The notes beneath the pieces are model-generated. The model ran no database searches, was not told the DNA's origin, and was given only the letters and a program-made list of their open reading frames with translations. Both the position numbers and the translations under genes were made by a program. From assembly GCA_963842945.1 (NCBI GenBank), contig CAWJIM010000006.1, positions 110,716-174,715 of the forward strand: a stretch of 64,000 nucleotides of DNA, written 5' to 3'. This document shows positions 23,800-35,978 of this stretch, one piece after another. Within the stretch, counting starts at the first letter, position 1, and every line of letters begins with the position of its first letter. The stretch is from an uncultured Gemmatimonadales bacterium (GTDB taxonomy: Bacteria > Gemmatimonadota > Gemmatimonadetes > Gemmatimonadales > GWC2-71-9).

Positions 23800-26700
23800 T
23801 CATTCACGCCGCAGTCGCGTGAGCTCTCGCAGGGCGGCTTGCGCCTCCTCCAGCTTGGGCTGAAGCTCGGGATCGGCGTCCTGCCAGTTGTCGATGAAGA
23901 AAGCGTAAGCCTCTTGCGCTCGATCGAGCTCGCCCAGCTTTTCGTGGAGCCGGGCCCGATCGCGGGCGGCGAGTGGATCAACCTCATGACCACTGGAAGG
24001 ACTCGAAGTACGGCAGAGCGTCCCGCGGCCTTCCCACCTCCTCCAGGAGCAGGCCGAGCCAGCGCCGGAACAAAGCGTTCAAGATTTCACGCGAGCGATA
24101 CCCATTTGCTTCCCACCCAGTCGCCGTCCCGTTGAGCGAGGCTCAGCAGCTCCAGGGCCTTCTCTTTCTCGCCGCTCCTCCACCATCCATAGCCTTCGAG
24201 CCCGCGTGCCGCGGCATTCGCGAAGTCGGCTTTCACGGTATCGCCCGCATCGCGGAGACTGCGTGCGTGGGCACGCATGCGAGACAGTGCCCTGGCATGT
24301 TCATCCCACTGTGCCCGATCCACCGCGTAAGCTCCCCCGGAGAACAGCTGCACAATGTCCGAGCTGTCGACCCGCGAGACCGAGGAATCGAGCAGCTCGT
24401 TGGCGACGGGAAGATCCCAACTACGCAGGGGAATAAAGCATCCCCGCCTTCCATTCCGGCGGCCCCGAGCGTCGTTCCAGCTCCTGCATGGCCGAGCGCA
24501 TCTCGCCCCGGCCCATCCTGGCCCAGAAGAGATCGGCCGCGAGCAAGAGCGAAGCGTTCGCTACGTTTGGAGGCGAATCGCAGAAGGTCACCTCGCAACA
24601 ACGCCGATCGTGGACTACCTGGGCCGGAGAGCAGTGACCATAGCGCCAGAAGATGGCTCAGGAACTGGAGGAACCCCGAGATCGGCCCAGCCCTGTGCCC
24701 GCCCGGCAGTATCGCCAAAGGCGAAGGCGAAGCCTACGGTATAGGCAGCGCTGTACCAATCGTCGGGAGCCAGCTGCCGGTATTTTCCGAGCAGTCGGGC
24801 AGCTCTGGCGCTATCCCCGGCTGCGAAAGCATTCTCAATCAGGTGGATGTAGGCGGGGGCGAAGCTGGGATCCAGCTCGACGGCCTTCCCGAACGCGCGG
24901 TCGGCATCCTCCCGGCCTACGAGCGCCTGGGTTCCCAGGTGCTGGTAGTCCTCCCCTAGCAAGTACCAGGACTGGGCATCATCGGGATACTTCCGCACCT
25001 CGTCCTGGAGCACCCTCACCCCGCTCAACCTGCCCTCCCTCGAGGCGATCCCGGCTCGGATCAGAGCCGCCTCGTGGGCGGGGAGTCGTTCCGCGAGGCG
25101 GGCAGCGTTGATCAGTACGACCGAGTCGGGTGGATCCGTCCCGGCCCAGCTCTGGACCAGCCACAGTCGGGCCCAGGCCAGAGCGAAATTCGAATCGGCC
25201 TCGACCGCTCGACTGTATGCCCGGCCGGCACTCTCGAAATCGGACCCGCGGAACAGCGTCTCGCCCTCGAGGTAAGCCTTGAGTGCAGGTAGGGACGCCG
25301 TGGTTGCACGGACGAGCCCGAACCGCGACATGTCCTGCTTTCGCTCGGGGAGAGCCACGCGGAGGACCTCCAGCGACAGCTGATCCACGAGCCCGAAGAT
25401 GTACGCGGTCGGACCTTCGACCTGCCCGTACGGATCATCCTCCGCCGGGGCACATCGTAGACCCCAGCCGTGAGTCGCATGCCGCGACCGCTGGTCACGA
25501 CACTCCCGATCACCGCGTACCGAGCTCCGGTCCGACTTGCCACCTCGAGTGCCGTCTCCAGGTCCGCCGCCTGGGCGTCCTTCACGCGTTCGCGCCAGCG
25601 GGCGAGCACCGTCCGACTGTGCACTGCGCGGACGCCGGGCACGCCACTCAAGTTCGTGGAGAGGAGGTCCACCATCCCCTCGCGCCAAGTCTCAAAGCCA
25701 GCGCCACGGATCTCGAAGGGCAGGATCGCGATGCTGGAGCTCGCGTCCGCCGCCAGGGCTTCCGCGGGGCCAGATCCTGGCCCTCGCTGATGGGAGAAGA
25801 GATAGAGTCCGATCAGGACCAGGAGGCCGAGAGCAGCTACACCGAGCAGAACGGACCGTGGTGGGTGTCGGACGGCGGGTTCGAGGCTTGCCGGCTCGTC
25901 CAACGCAGTTCGCGACCCCCGGCCAGCCCGAAGAGGGGGCGTGAGTTGCACAGCCGTCTTTTGGTTCCGGGCGGACCCGTTCAGCACAAGGGTGTTGCCC
26001 GACGGAACCAGATCTGGAGCGATGCCAGCATTGGGGTCCCCGTTCCCAGCCGCAGGACTGAGCCGATCGTCCCGCTCCCTTGCGGCCGCCTGGTTCTGTC
26101 CGGGCCCGGCGCGGATCCTTGCCAGTAACGCCTGCGTCTCGGGCGACGGCTCCAGCTCATACTCCGCATTCAGCTTACAGGCAAACGCCTCATAGGCGCG
26201 CACGGCGGCCGCCCGGTCACCCACCCGCTCCAGCAAGAGCACCAGGCGACGAAGCTCAGTCTCATCGATCGGGGAGAGCGCGGCTGCACGGCGGCCCGCC
26301 TCCACCGCACCGGCAGCATCTCCCGCTCGCTCCCGCTGTTCGGCCAGCGCCCAGGCCGCCTCTCCGGCTCGCTGCCTCAGCCGGCTGCGCTCCTCATCCA
26401 TCCAGTGCTCGAAGTCCGGAGCATCTGAGATGTGAAATCCGGCGAGCAGCTCGCCCCGATAAAGGGCCAGCGCAGCAGCCGGCCGCCCTTGCTCTATCGC
26501 TGCATCGAAAGCCCAGACGTCACACCGCACCTGTTCGAGCGCGAGGGCGAGCTCCTCGTCGCCACGTGCCACGATAGTCGTTGTGCCCAAGGCCCTACGA
26601 AGGAAATAGACCGACTGCCGGAGGGCATGCCGGGCCTGCTCGGCGTCGTACTCGGGCCAGAAGAGGGCAAACAGCGTGTCACGGCGTTGGAAACCGCGGG

Positions 26701-26821
26701 GCGACGCGAGGGCGAGATAGCAGAGGAGGGCTGCACGGCGGGGCTGCGCCAAAACCGAACCGACGGCTGTGCTGTCGGCCGAGGTCAGCTCCAGGGCCCC
26801 CAGAGTACGCAATTCGACCAT
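23800..26821 (-). CDS. BTAD/SARP-like regulator 2 (wHTH-BTAD-TM-TolB_N-like-TPR), multiple frameshifts
   Basis: N-terminus closely similar to regulator 1; IAILPFE, TTASLPALKAYLEG; C-term NWQDADPELQPKLEEAQAALRELTRLRRE*. Confidence 0.82.
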
Positions 26822-26841
26822 TGCAGAGCCAGCAGACGGGG

Positions 26842-26929
26842 CGTCACCCAGTGGTGACGGTCAGAGGACTGCGAGGTGACGCGTGGCGCAAAGACTGTCT
26901 TAAGCTAAGCCGCCACGGAGTCCTGGCAA
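26842..26929. promoter_or_regulatory. divergent control region with GGTGACG heptamers (copy 2)
   Basis: CGTCACC 26842, GGTGACG 26853 and 26875. Confidence 0.65.
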
Positions 26930-27016
26930 GCAGAATCGAGATCGAGAGCAGGTCCAGTGACGGCGGAGAAACCCAACCTGGTTGGAAACTGCGCTGAGTC
27001 TTCCCGTGAGGTCCAC

Positions 27017-27160
27017 ATGCGCACCGCCAAGAAGTCTCCAGAGCCAGCCACTTTGCCCCGAGCCCCGCTACTCGTTCTGCTGGCGGGCCTGGCCGCCTGC
27101 GGCGAACAGGCGAGGGTCGCATTTCGAGCTCGGCTTCCAGCACGGCATTCAGGGAGTTGA
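27017..27160 (+). pseudogene. truncated lipoprotein gene (signal peptide only) or micro-lipoprotein
   Basis: MRTAKKS...LLVLLAGLAAC lipobox, then a stop about 20 codons later, close to the tRNA fragment. Confidence 0.5.
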
Positions 27161-27204
27161 GCACCTACATTGGTCGACAAACTGCGGCACGCGGGTAAAT
27201 GGAC

Positions 27205-27238
27205 GAAGCCGGCAACCTCCAACTCATTGCCGGGCTTC
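27205..27238 (-). terminator. hairpin directly downstream of tRNA fragment
   Basis: GAAGCCGGCAA...TTGCCGGGCTTC. Confidence 0.5.
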
Positions 27239-27239
27239 A

Positions 27240-27258
27240 TTGCCCCTCCTGGGCTCGA
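27240..27258 (-). mobile_element. att-like tRNA-Gln 3' fragment (T-loop to discriminator)
   Basis: 19/19 identical to 60893-60911. Confidence 0.7.
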
Positions 27259-27895
27259 GCCGCCAGGCCGAGCCCCAAAGAAAATAGCCGGTGCTCTTCC
27301 ACCGGCCATATGGCTGCGCCCAATCAGGACCGGCTTTCTCACGCCGCGTCACGCTTCCGGCGCTTTGCCCCTTTTCTGATTCGCTGCTGCTCGCCGTACC
27401 ACTCCTCGCTTCGGTCGTCGGCCGCGCCTCCCGCGACAAAGATCGCGCAGATCGCCACGACCAGAAGGAGCCACACGCACGCGCCAAGAAGAATGAGCAC
27501 GCTTTGAGCACCGCAATGTGAGTGCCCGCACGCGAGTATCCTACCAGCAGGATCGACAAGGATATCGAGCAGGAAACAGGTCAAGCCTTGGGGGTTGTTC
27601 TCTCAGGTTGCGAGGCCATGAGTTACGACGCGATGCAGCGACTTGCAGGAACCCCAGGGAAGGTCCGTGGCCCGGGTGATCTCCATAGAATTCGAGAACT
27701 ATCCCCAGCCCTGCGCTTGTCCCCAAGAACTATTCCAAAACGTAGATGGACACCTTAATCTCGGCAGATACTCTACTCTGGGAACGCCAATGCCATGACA
27801 TCGAACCGAACAACGCGGCCGCACTTTAAAGTTGACGAAAGCGAGGGTAAGTAAACCCGGACCAGCCTGTGGGCGCACGCGGTTCCGTGCGTCGC

Positions 27896-28366
27896 CTAGT
27901 TCTGGGGATCGTCGGCCGGATTCACGTAGATGACCTTCCACGGTCCCATCCCGCTCACCTGGGTTACGGTGGGTCCTTTCGCTTCGACGAAGTGATGGGT
28001 GCCCGGCGGCATCACGGCGAAGCTTCCGGCCGGGAGCGACTTCAGCGCGGCAGCGTCGAACTTATCGCCCACCCCCCAGCGGTAAGTCCCTTGGAGCACC
28101 GTCACCCGTTCGGCTACCGGGTGGAAATGGGGACCGATTCGATAACCATCCGGAAACGAGACCCGCATCGTGAAGGGACCAGCCTTCTGGGGGTCCCCCT
28201 CGAGGACCGACATTTTCGCCCCGGGCGGAATCCTGGGCGATGCCGGTGACCAGGTGACTTGGTCGGGCGTCAGCATGACGGCGCGGTGCCCGGCCGTGGG
28301 CGCATCCTGTGCGAGGGCTATTCCGGCGTAAAGGGAAAAGCCGAAGACAAAGAGAATCGGTCGCAT
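27896..28366 (-). CDS. secreted cupin-domain protein (DUF4437-like)
   Basis: Signal peptide; VLEGDP..GPFTMR..PDGYRIGPHFHP..ERVTVLQG..HH. Confidence 0.88.
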   Translation of the reverse strand: MRPILFVFGFSLYAGIALAQDAPTAGHRAVMLTPDQVTWSPASPRIPPGAKMSVLEGDPQKAGPFTMRVSFPDGYRIGPHFHPVAERVTVLQGTYRWGVGDKFDAAALKSLPAGSFAVMPPGTHHFVEAKGPTVTQVSGMGPWKVIYVNPADDPQN

Positions 28367-28571
28367 GGCAGGCTTCCAGTAGCAGATGACTGTCAGTCGC
28401 GAAGACAATCTGCGAAGCGGTTTCCGAGATGGCCAGCACGCGGTCTCTCCATGTCGGGCCTGCAGAGATGGTAATCAGCTTCCAGCCGGCCGCCATGCGC
28501 GCTGATGCCGCGCCCTTGTGTGGCTCCGCCTTACGCGGCAAATTGGCCAGAGGCTCCCATCTGGCTTCGCC

Positions 28572-29146
28572 ATGGACAATCCCCAGCCCGATATCGGTGA
28601 GGTCACGCGGCTGCTTCGGAGCGCGCGGGCGGGGACCGGCCGCGCTCGAACTGCTGGTCCCCCTGGTCTACGAGGATCTGCGCCGGCTGGCCCGGCTGCA
28701 GCTGGGGCACGAGTTCGGCGAGCGCACCCTGAACGCCACCGCGCTGGTGCATGAGTCCTACCTCAAGCTCGGCGCGGGAGCATTCGCCGCCACTGATCGG
28801 GCCCACTTTCTCGCCATCGCGGCCCGCGCGATGCGCCAGGTGCTGGTCGATCACGCCCGCGACCGCAAAGCCGCCAAACGCGGTGGCGGGTCATGGGAGC
28901 GCACCACGCTGACCGACGGCGCCTGGGTAGCGGGAGTTCGATCCTGACGGCGTTCTCCAGCTGGAAGAGGCCGTCGCCGCCTTGGAGCCACGCCAGCGGC
29001 AAGTCGTCGAGTGCCGATTCTTCGGTGGCATGGAAGAGCAGGAGATCGCAGAGGCCCTCGGCGTCTCCGAGCGCACGGTGCACCGCGACTGGATGAAGGC
29101 GCGTGCCTGGCTCTACCGCTACTTCTACCCCGAGTCCACCCGGTGA
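28572..29146 (+). CDS. ECF sigma factor, kinase-associated type, frameshifted
   Basis: EVTRLL, PLVYEDLRRLA, TLNATALVHESYL, AMRQVLVDHAR..KRGG, VSERTVHRDWMKARAWL. Confidence 0.85.
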
Positions 29147-32100
29147 GCGCAGCCCTCGATCAGACAATCCGCTTTTGCACCTCCGCCGACGGCGCGCGCA
29201 TCGCCTACGCGACCGTCGGGAGCGGGCCGCCCGCTGGTCAAGGCCGCCAACTGGCTCAGTCACCTGGAGTTCGACAACAACAGCCCGGTGTGGCGTCACT
29301 GGATCCGGGAACTTTCCCGGTCCCACACGCTGGTCCGCTACGACGAGCGCGGCTGCGGCCTCTCCGACTGGCAGGTCGACGAGTTCTCGCTCGATGCCTG
29401 GGTGCGGGATCTCGAGGCCGTGGTGGACGCCCTGGAGCTGGAGCGGTTTCCGCTCCTCGGTATCTCGCAGGGTGGCGCCATCGCGATCGCCTACGCCACC
29501 CGCCATCCCGAGCGGGTCAGCCACCTCATACTGTATGGGAGCTACGCCCGGGGTCAGTCTCACCGCGGACTCTCTGATCGCGAGCGCGAGGAGCGTGAGC
29601 TCCTCCTCAGCCTGATCCGGGTCGGCTGGGGCAAGGACCATCCGGCCTTCCGCCAGGTCTTCACCAGCCTGTTCATCCCCGACGGGACACCCGAGCAGGT
29701 CAACTGGTTCAACGAGCTCCAGCGGATTTCGGCGCACGCCTGAGAACGCCGCCCGCATGTGCGCCGCTTCTTCACATGCCTTGGACGTGCGGGAGCTGGC
29801 TCCCCAAATCCGAATCCCGACTCTGGTGCTGCACGGCACGGGCGACCTGCGGATTCCCTTTGCCGAGGGTCGTCTGCTGGCCTCGCTGATTCCGGGTGCC
29901 CGGCTGGTGCCGATCGAGAGCCGCAATCATCTCATCCTCGAGTCCGAGCCGGGGTGGCGCCGTTTTCTCGCGGAGGTGCGGAGCTTCCTCGGCGTTCCGC
30001 CGAGGCCCCCGAGCGGCCCCGCATCGCGGCGGCAACGGATCGAGGCGCTGTTCGACGAGGCACTCGATCTCGCAGCCCGGCGATCGCGCGCGAGCTCCTG
30101 GCCCGGGACTGCGCAGGGCGACCCGGAGCTCCGGCGCGAGGTGGAGGCGCTGCTGGCGGCCGCTGAACGGAGTGGCGTGACCGCCAGCTTGCCGGATGCC
30201 GTGGCGGGTCCCGCAGCGCAACCCACCGTCGCCGCCGGCCCGGACGATCTCCCAGTATGAGATCGTCGACCAGCTTGGGGCGGCGGCATGGGAGTGGTCT
30301 ACAAGGCGCGGGACCGGCGGCTGCAGCGGTTGCGTGGCGCTCAAGTTTCTTTCGCCATCGTTGAGCGCCGATCAGGAGCTGAAGCTCCGCTTCCTGCAGG
30401 AGGCCAAGGCGATCGCCTCACTCGACCACCCCAACCTCTGCACCATCTTCGAGATCGCGGAGCCGGAGGACGGGCAGCTCGTGCATCGTCATGCCCTTTT
30501 ATGAGGGCGAGACCCTCAAGCAGAAGCTTGCCCGCGGGCCGCTGCCGGTGTCCCAGGCGCTCGACTACGCGCTCCAGATCGCCGAGAGGGCTGGCCCATG
30601 CCCACGCCGCCGGCGTCGTGCATCGGGACATCAAGCCTGCCAACATCGTGGTGACGTCCGGCGGCCGGGTGAAGATCCTCGACTTCGGCATCGCCAAGGT
30701 ATCCCACGCCGACGCGAATCTCACCCGGACGGGCGCGGTGCTGGGTACGGTCGCCTACATGAGCCCGGAACAGTCGCGCGGCGAGCCGGTGGACCAGCGA
30801 AGCGATCTGTGGGCACTCGGCGTGGTGCTCTACGAGATGATCACGGGCCGGGCCCCATTCACGGCCGACTCCCTCGAGGCGCTGTTCTACGCCGTCCAAT
30901 GGCGGCACCCGGAGGAGCATCACGGCGCTCCGCCCGGAGGTGCCGCCCGCGCTGGAGGCACTGGTGCACCGCCTCCTAGAGAAGGAGCCGGTTCATCGCT
31001 ACCAGGACGCCATCACTGTCGCCGCAGAGCTCGACATACTCCGCACCGAACTGAACGCATCCTCAACCCAGGATCCGAGGCCAGTACGCGCGCGGTCGCA
31101 TGGCTCGTCATCGATGGTGGGTGGCGACTCACCCGCGGGGGCGCGGGCGGCTCCAGCCGGGGTCGACCATCTGGAGCGTGCAAGGTCGGCCTTCGCGCGC
31201 GCGGACTGGCGAGAGGCGTACTCGGCCCTGGCTGCAGCGGATGTGGAGGGCTCGCTGCAGGCCGAAGATCTGGAGCGGTTCGCAGAAGCCGCCTGGTGGC
31301 TGTCGAATGGACCGGCGTGCGTACGCGCTCGGGAACGGGCGTACCGGCAGTACGTCCAACGTGGCGAGCCTCGCGCCGCAGCGTCGGTCGCGCTCGCCCT
31401 GGCGGAGGATCATTTTCACCGCCTGGCGCGGTCAGTCGGGCAAGGATGGCTTCGGCGGGCTGAGCGACACTTGAAGGGGCTGCCGGACCGCTCCGAGCAC
31501 GGCTGGCTCAACCGACTCCGGTTCGTGGTCGCGTTGGACGAGGGAAGGCCGGACGCAGCCGTGGAATACGCCGACCGGGCTCTCGAGATCGCACGGCGTG
31601 TCGGCGACGCCGACCTCGAGGCCCTGGCCTTGCAGGACCGGGGTCGGGCCCTGGTGACGCTCGGCCAGGTGAAGGAAGGCATGGCACTCATCGACGAGGC
31701 GATGACCGCAGCGACCGCCGGTGAGCTGACGCCGCGTACCACCGGCAGGGCCTACTGCAACATGCTCAGTATCTGCAAGCGGCTGGGAGACTTCGGGCGG
31801 GCGGCGGAGTGGTCCGAGGCCGCGCAGACCTGGTGTGAGCCCCACGCCGAGTCCGGATATCCGGGTATCTGCCGGGTTCATCGTGCCGGAATACTTCGGC
31901 TCCGAGGTGCCCTGACGAAAGCGGAGCACGAGGCGCGGCGCGCGGCGACGGAGCTGGAGGATTTCCTGACCGACGTGGCAGGCGAGGCGTTCTACGAGCT
32001 GGGTGAGATCCGCCTGCGCATGGGCGATCTGCCCGCCGCGGCCGAGATGTTCGGTCAGGCACACTCGCGGGGCCGCGACCCGCAGCCGGGCCTTGCCCTC

Positions 32101-32554
32101 CTGCGAATGGCAGAGGGAAAGGTCGAGGCTGCGCGTTCCATGATCGAGCGCGCCCTGGTCGAGCTGGGGCTCACGATACTGGACCGGGCCAAACTGCTGC
32201 CCTCCGCAGTGGAGATCAGAGTCGCCTGCGATGACATCCCGGGGGCTGATGATGCAGCATCCGCGCTGGAAACCATCACCGCCACCTACACCGCACCCGC
32301 ACTCGTGGCCTTCGCCACTCAGGCGCGGGAGGGTCCAGCTCGCGCGAGGACAGGCCCAGCAAGCCATCTGGAACCTTCGGCGCGCCTGCCGGATCTGGAC
32401 TGAGATCGACCTGCCGGTGGAGCTGGCCCAAACCAGGCTCCTGCTCTCTCGAGCATACTCAGCGCTGGGGAACATCGACGAGGCGGAACTGGAGGAGCGC
32501 ACGGCGGAGGCAGCCATGGAACGCATCTTAAGGCAGCTCCGCTCGATGACCTGA
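29143..32554 (+). CDS. multidomain protein K4: alpha/beta hydrolase - Ser/Thr kinase - MalT-like TPR, many frameshifts
   Basis: GTGA overlap with [88 protein letters not shown] region. Confidence 0.75.
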
Positions 32555-32645
32555 CCACTCCCCCGTGGGGCATGTCTGCTGGAATGTCATTCCTGCGCAG
32601 ATACCTGGTGAGGACCACAATGCACCCGAACCAGGAGCGACAACC

Positions 32646-34058
32646 ATGGCACGCCTGCGTCCCGACCCATCCTTCTACCCCTCCCCCAAGCTGGCCATGG
32701 AGGCCCCGCGCGAACGGCTGGCGTACGTGGCCCTGCTCAGCAGCAGCGAGAACGGCCAGCGCGACGCCATCGGCGTCGTGGATACCGATCCCGATAGCCC
32801 CGCGTTCGGTCGACTGGTGGGGCGCACCGAGTTCCCTCAGGGCGGCAACGAGCTGCACCACTTCGGCTGGAATGCCTGCAGCTCGCACTTGTGTCCCTGG
32901 GCGGCCAACGCCCATGTCGAGCGGCGATACCTCATCGTGCCGGGGACCCACTCTTCGCGGATTCATATCCTCGATACCCAGCCCAATCCAAGGCAGCCCG
33001 CCCTGGTGAAGGTGATCGAGGGCGACGAAGTGATGAAGAAGACCGGCTATGCCGCGCCGCACACGGTGCACTGCGGGCCCGATGGGATCTACCTGAATGC
33101 CCTCGGGGCCCCCGATGGGAACGGCCCCGGCGGCATCTTCACCCTCGACCATGAGACCTTCGAGGTGAAGGGCCGGTGGGAGCAGGACCGCGGGCCGCAG
33201 TATCTGGCCTACGATTTCTTCTGGCACCTGGGTCACGACACCATGATCACCAGCGAGTGGGGTACGCCCAACATGGTCAAGGATGGGGTGAACCCCGAGC
33301 TGCTGCTGGCGGGCAAGTACGGCCGACAAGCTGCACGTCTGGGACCTGCGCAAGCGGACGCACCTCCAGGAGCTCGACCTCGGCGCCGAGCAGCAGATGG
33401 TGCTCGAGCTCCGGCCGGCGCACGACCCGACCTGTGCCTACGGCTTCGTCGGTGTCGTGCTGTCGCTCGCCGACTTGTCCAGCTCGATCTTCCTCTGGTA
33501 CCTCGACGGCTCCAGCGGGAACGGGGGCGAGTGGAAGGCGAAGAAGGTGATCACGATTCCGGCGATCCCCGCCGATGAGGCCGATCTGCCGCCGCTTCTC
33601 AAGGGATTCAAGGCCGTGCCCCCGCTGGTCACCGACATCAACCTGTCGGTCGACGACCGGTTCCTCTACGTGTCGTGCTATGGCACCGGCGAGCTCCTGC
33701 AGTACGACGTTCGCGATCCGTTCAATCCGGTCTTCACCGGCAGCGTGAAGCTCGGTGGCATCGTGGCACGCAGCGCCCACAGCTCCGCGCCCGATCGGCC
33801 GCTCAACGGCGGTCCGCAGATGGTGGAGGTGAGCCGCGATGGCAGGCGAGTATACGTCACCAACTCGCTCTACACCCCGTGGGACGCCCAGTTCTACCCC
33901 GACGGTATCAAGGGCTGGATGGCCAAGCTCGATGCGGCGCCGGGTGGCGGCATTGCTGCCGATCCGGGTTCTTCGTCGAGTTCGAGGATGGGCTTCGTCC
34001 CCACCAGGTGCGGCTGCAGGGCGGTGACGCGTCATCCGATTCCTTCTGCTACTCCTGA
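32646..34058 (+). CDS. selenium-binding protein SBP56 family (methanethiol oxidase-like), frameshifts ~33325, ~33965
   Basis: DPSFYPSP, NELHHFGWNACSS, PHTVHC, YDFFW, SEWG, GGPQMVEVSRDG, WDAQFYP, GGDASSD. Confidence 0.92.
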
Positions 34059-34074
34059 CGCGGAGGCACGGCAG

Positions 34075-34726
34075 ATGACCTGGACCTGGTGGGCGCTGTC
34101 GGCCCTGGGCGCTGGACACGGGCTCAACCCCGGGATGGGCTGGCTCTTCGCTGTCGCGCTCGGAATGCAGGAAAAGAGGAGCCGCGCCGTGTGGCGCGCG
34201 CTCCCGCCGCTCGCGCTGGGTCATGCGCTGGCGGTCGGCGCCGCCGCTCTCGCGGCGGCGGCGCTGGGCCAGATCGTGTCGGTTGATGCGCTGAAGTACA
34301 TCGTTGCCGCTTGCCTTCTCGCCTTGGCAGGTGTCCGGCTCGGCGGCACCGACACCCGCGCTACGGCGGCATGCGGGTCGGATTTCGGGAGTTGACCACC
34401 TGGTCATTCCTGATGGCCACAGCCCACGGAGCCGGCCTCATGGTGCTGCCGCTGCTCGTCCGGAAACAGATATCACGGCCGTGGGAGTCACATGCAGGGC
34501 ACGCCGCCTACGCCGCATCTGCAATTCCGCCGCTATCCGGGGCTCATGGAGGCGAGCCTCTGGGCCACTATTCGTCCACACCGCTGGCTACCTGCTCGTC
34601 ACCGGCTCATCGCGGTGATCGTCTACCAAAGCTCGGACTTCGACTCTGCGAACGATGTGGATCAATCTCGATCTCATTTGGGGTGGCGCGCTCCTCATGA
34701 CCGGCGCGCTCACGCTGATCCTCTGA
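34075..34726 (+). CDS. membrane protein co-encoded with SBP56, frameshifted
   Basis: LGAGHGLNPGMGWLFAVALG, LGHALA, WSFLMATAHGAGLMVLP, VHTAGYL. Confidence 0.75.
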
Positions 34727-34888
34727 CCTGGAGATGAGCCGGTAAAACGCACAGTGATGCGTTACGATTCGACATGGCGGCGCTCGAGGGCGCCGAGGAT
34801 TTGCCCGACGACAGCAAGAAACGGCTCCGGGTCAAATGGCTGCGGCAAGAAAAGCCCTCCTCTTGAGACCATCCGGTAGGGGGTGCGT

Positions 34889-35764
34889 ATGATCCGAAAT
34901 CTGGTGCTCACCCTTCTGCTGATCGTAGTAGGCGTGATCGGGGTTGTCTTCCTGGGTAGTAATTACCGACTCAATCGGAAATACTCGGTCGCGACAAGCC
35001 CGGTGTCCGAGCGGAGTGATAGCGCCTCGCTGGCGCGGGGGGACCATCTCTACCACAGTATCGGCTGCGCGATCTGTCACGGCGTAGATGGTGGTGGTGC
35101 GCTGTACCTGGACGCAGGCCCGATCGGGCTCGCCGCCGGGCCGAACCTCACTCGCGGTCGTGGCGGCATTGGGAGCAGCCGCTCCAACGGCGACCTGGTG
35201 CGAGCCATCCGCCACGGCGTACGCCCGGACAGTTCATCGCTGATCCTCATGCCGAGTGAGGTCTACGTGCACCTCACCGACGAAGATCTCGGGGAGATGA
35301 TCGGCTACCTCCGCCGGCTACCCCCCGTAGACCGGAAGCTGCCGGCGACCCATCTCCGGCTCCTGGGCCGGGCTTTACTAGCAGTAGGCAAGCTCAATCT
35401 GCTGGCCGCGCCCAAGACGCCTCCGTTTGCTCACCCCGCTGGAATCAGCCCCGGACCGACCGTCGCGTATGGCCGCTATCTGGCCGACATCGCCTCATGC
35501 CGCTCCTGTCACGGATCGGGGCTGTCCGGTGGTCCCATGGCCGCGCCCGGCGCGCCGCCGTCGTCCAACCTTACGCCCGCAGGGCTTTCGGCATGGAGCG
35601 AGAAGGACTTCTTCACCGCCATGCGCCGGGGGCGTCGCCCGGGCGGATCGATGCTGCACGAGATCATGCCGTGGAAGGAGTTCCGCAACATGACCGACGA
35701 GGAGTTGGCGGCACTCTGGCAGTACCTCCGGTCGGTTCCCGCCAAGCCGTCTGGTGAGAGGTGA
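34889..35764 (+). CDS. di-heme cytochrome c
   Basis: N-terminal TM anchor; CAICH and CRSCH; PNLT motifs; distal MP residues. Confidence 0.92.
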   Translation: MIRNLVLTLLLIVVGVIGVVFLGSNYRLNRKYSVATSPVSERSDSASLARGDHLYHSIGCAICHGVDGGGALYLDAGPIGLAAGPNLTRGRGGIGSSRSNGDLVRAIRHGVRPDSSSLILMPSEVYVHLTDEDLGEMIGYLRRLPPVDRKLPATHLRLLGRALLAVGKLNLLAAPKTPPFAHPAGISPGPTVAYGRYLADIASCRSCHGSGLSGGPMAAPGAPPSSNLTPAGLSAWSEKDFFTAMRRGRRPGGSMLHEIMPWKEFRNMTDEELAALWQYLRSVPAKPSGER

Positions 35765-35978
35765 CTACCGGCCACCCGATGTACCGGGTAGCGTCGCCAC
35801 CGGACTTGCCAAGAGCTCCTGAGGTCGGGCTGAGCAGGCTGCTGGCGTAGACAACCTGGATGGTGGCTTGTGACACGTGCGACGGAGGTGGGCCAGCTTG
35901 CGGAAGGATCTGTTGCTCACCCGAATATCGGAGTTTGCCGGCTGCCTTCCAGTTGTGTGTGCGCGGCTCGCGAATTGC

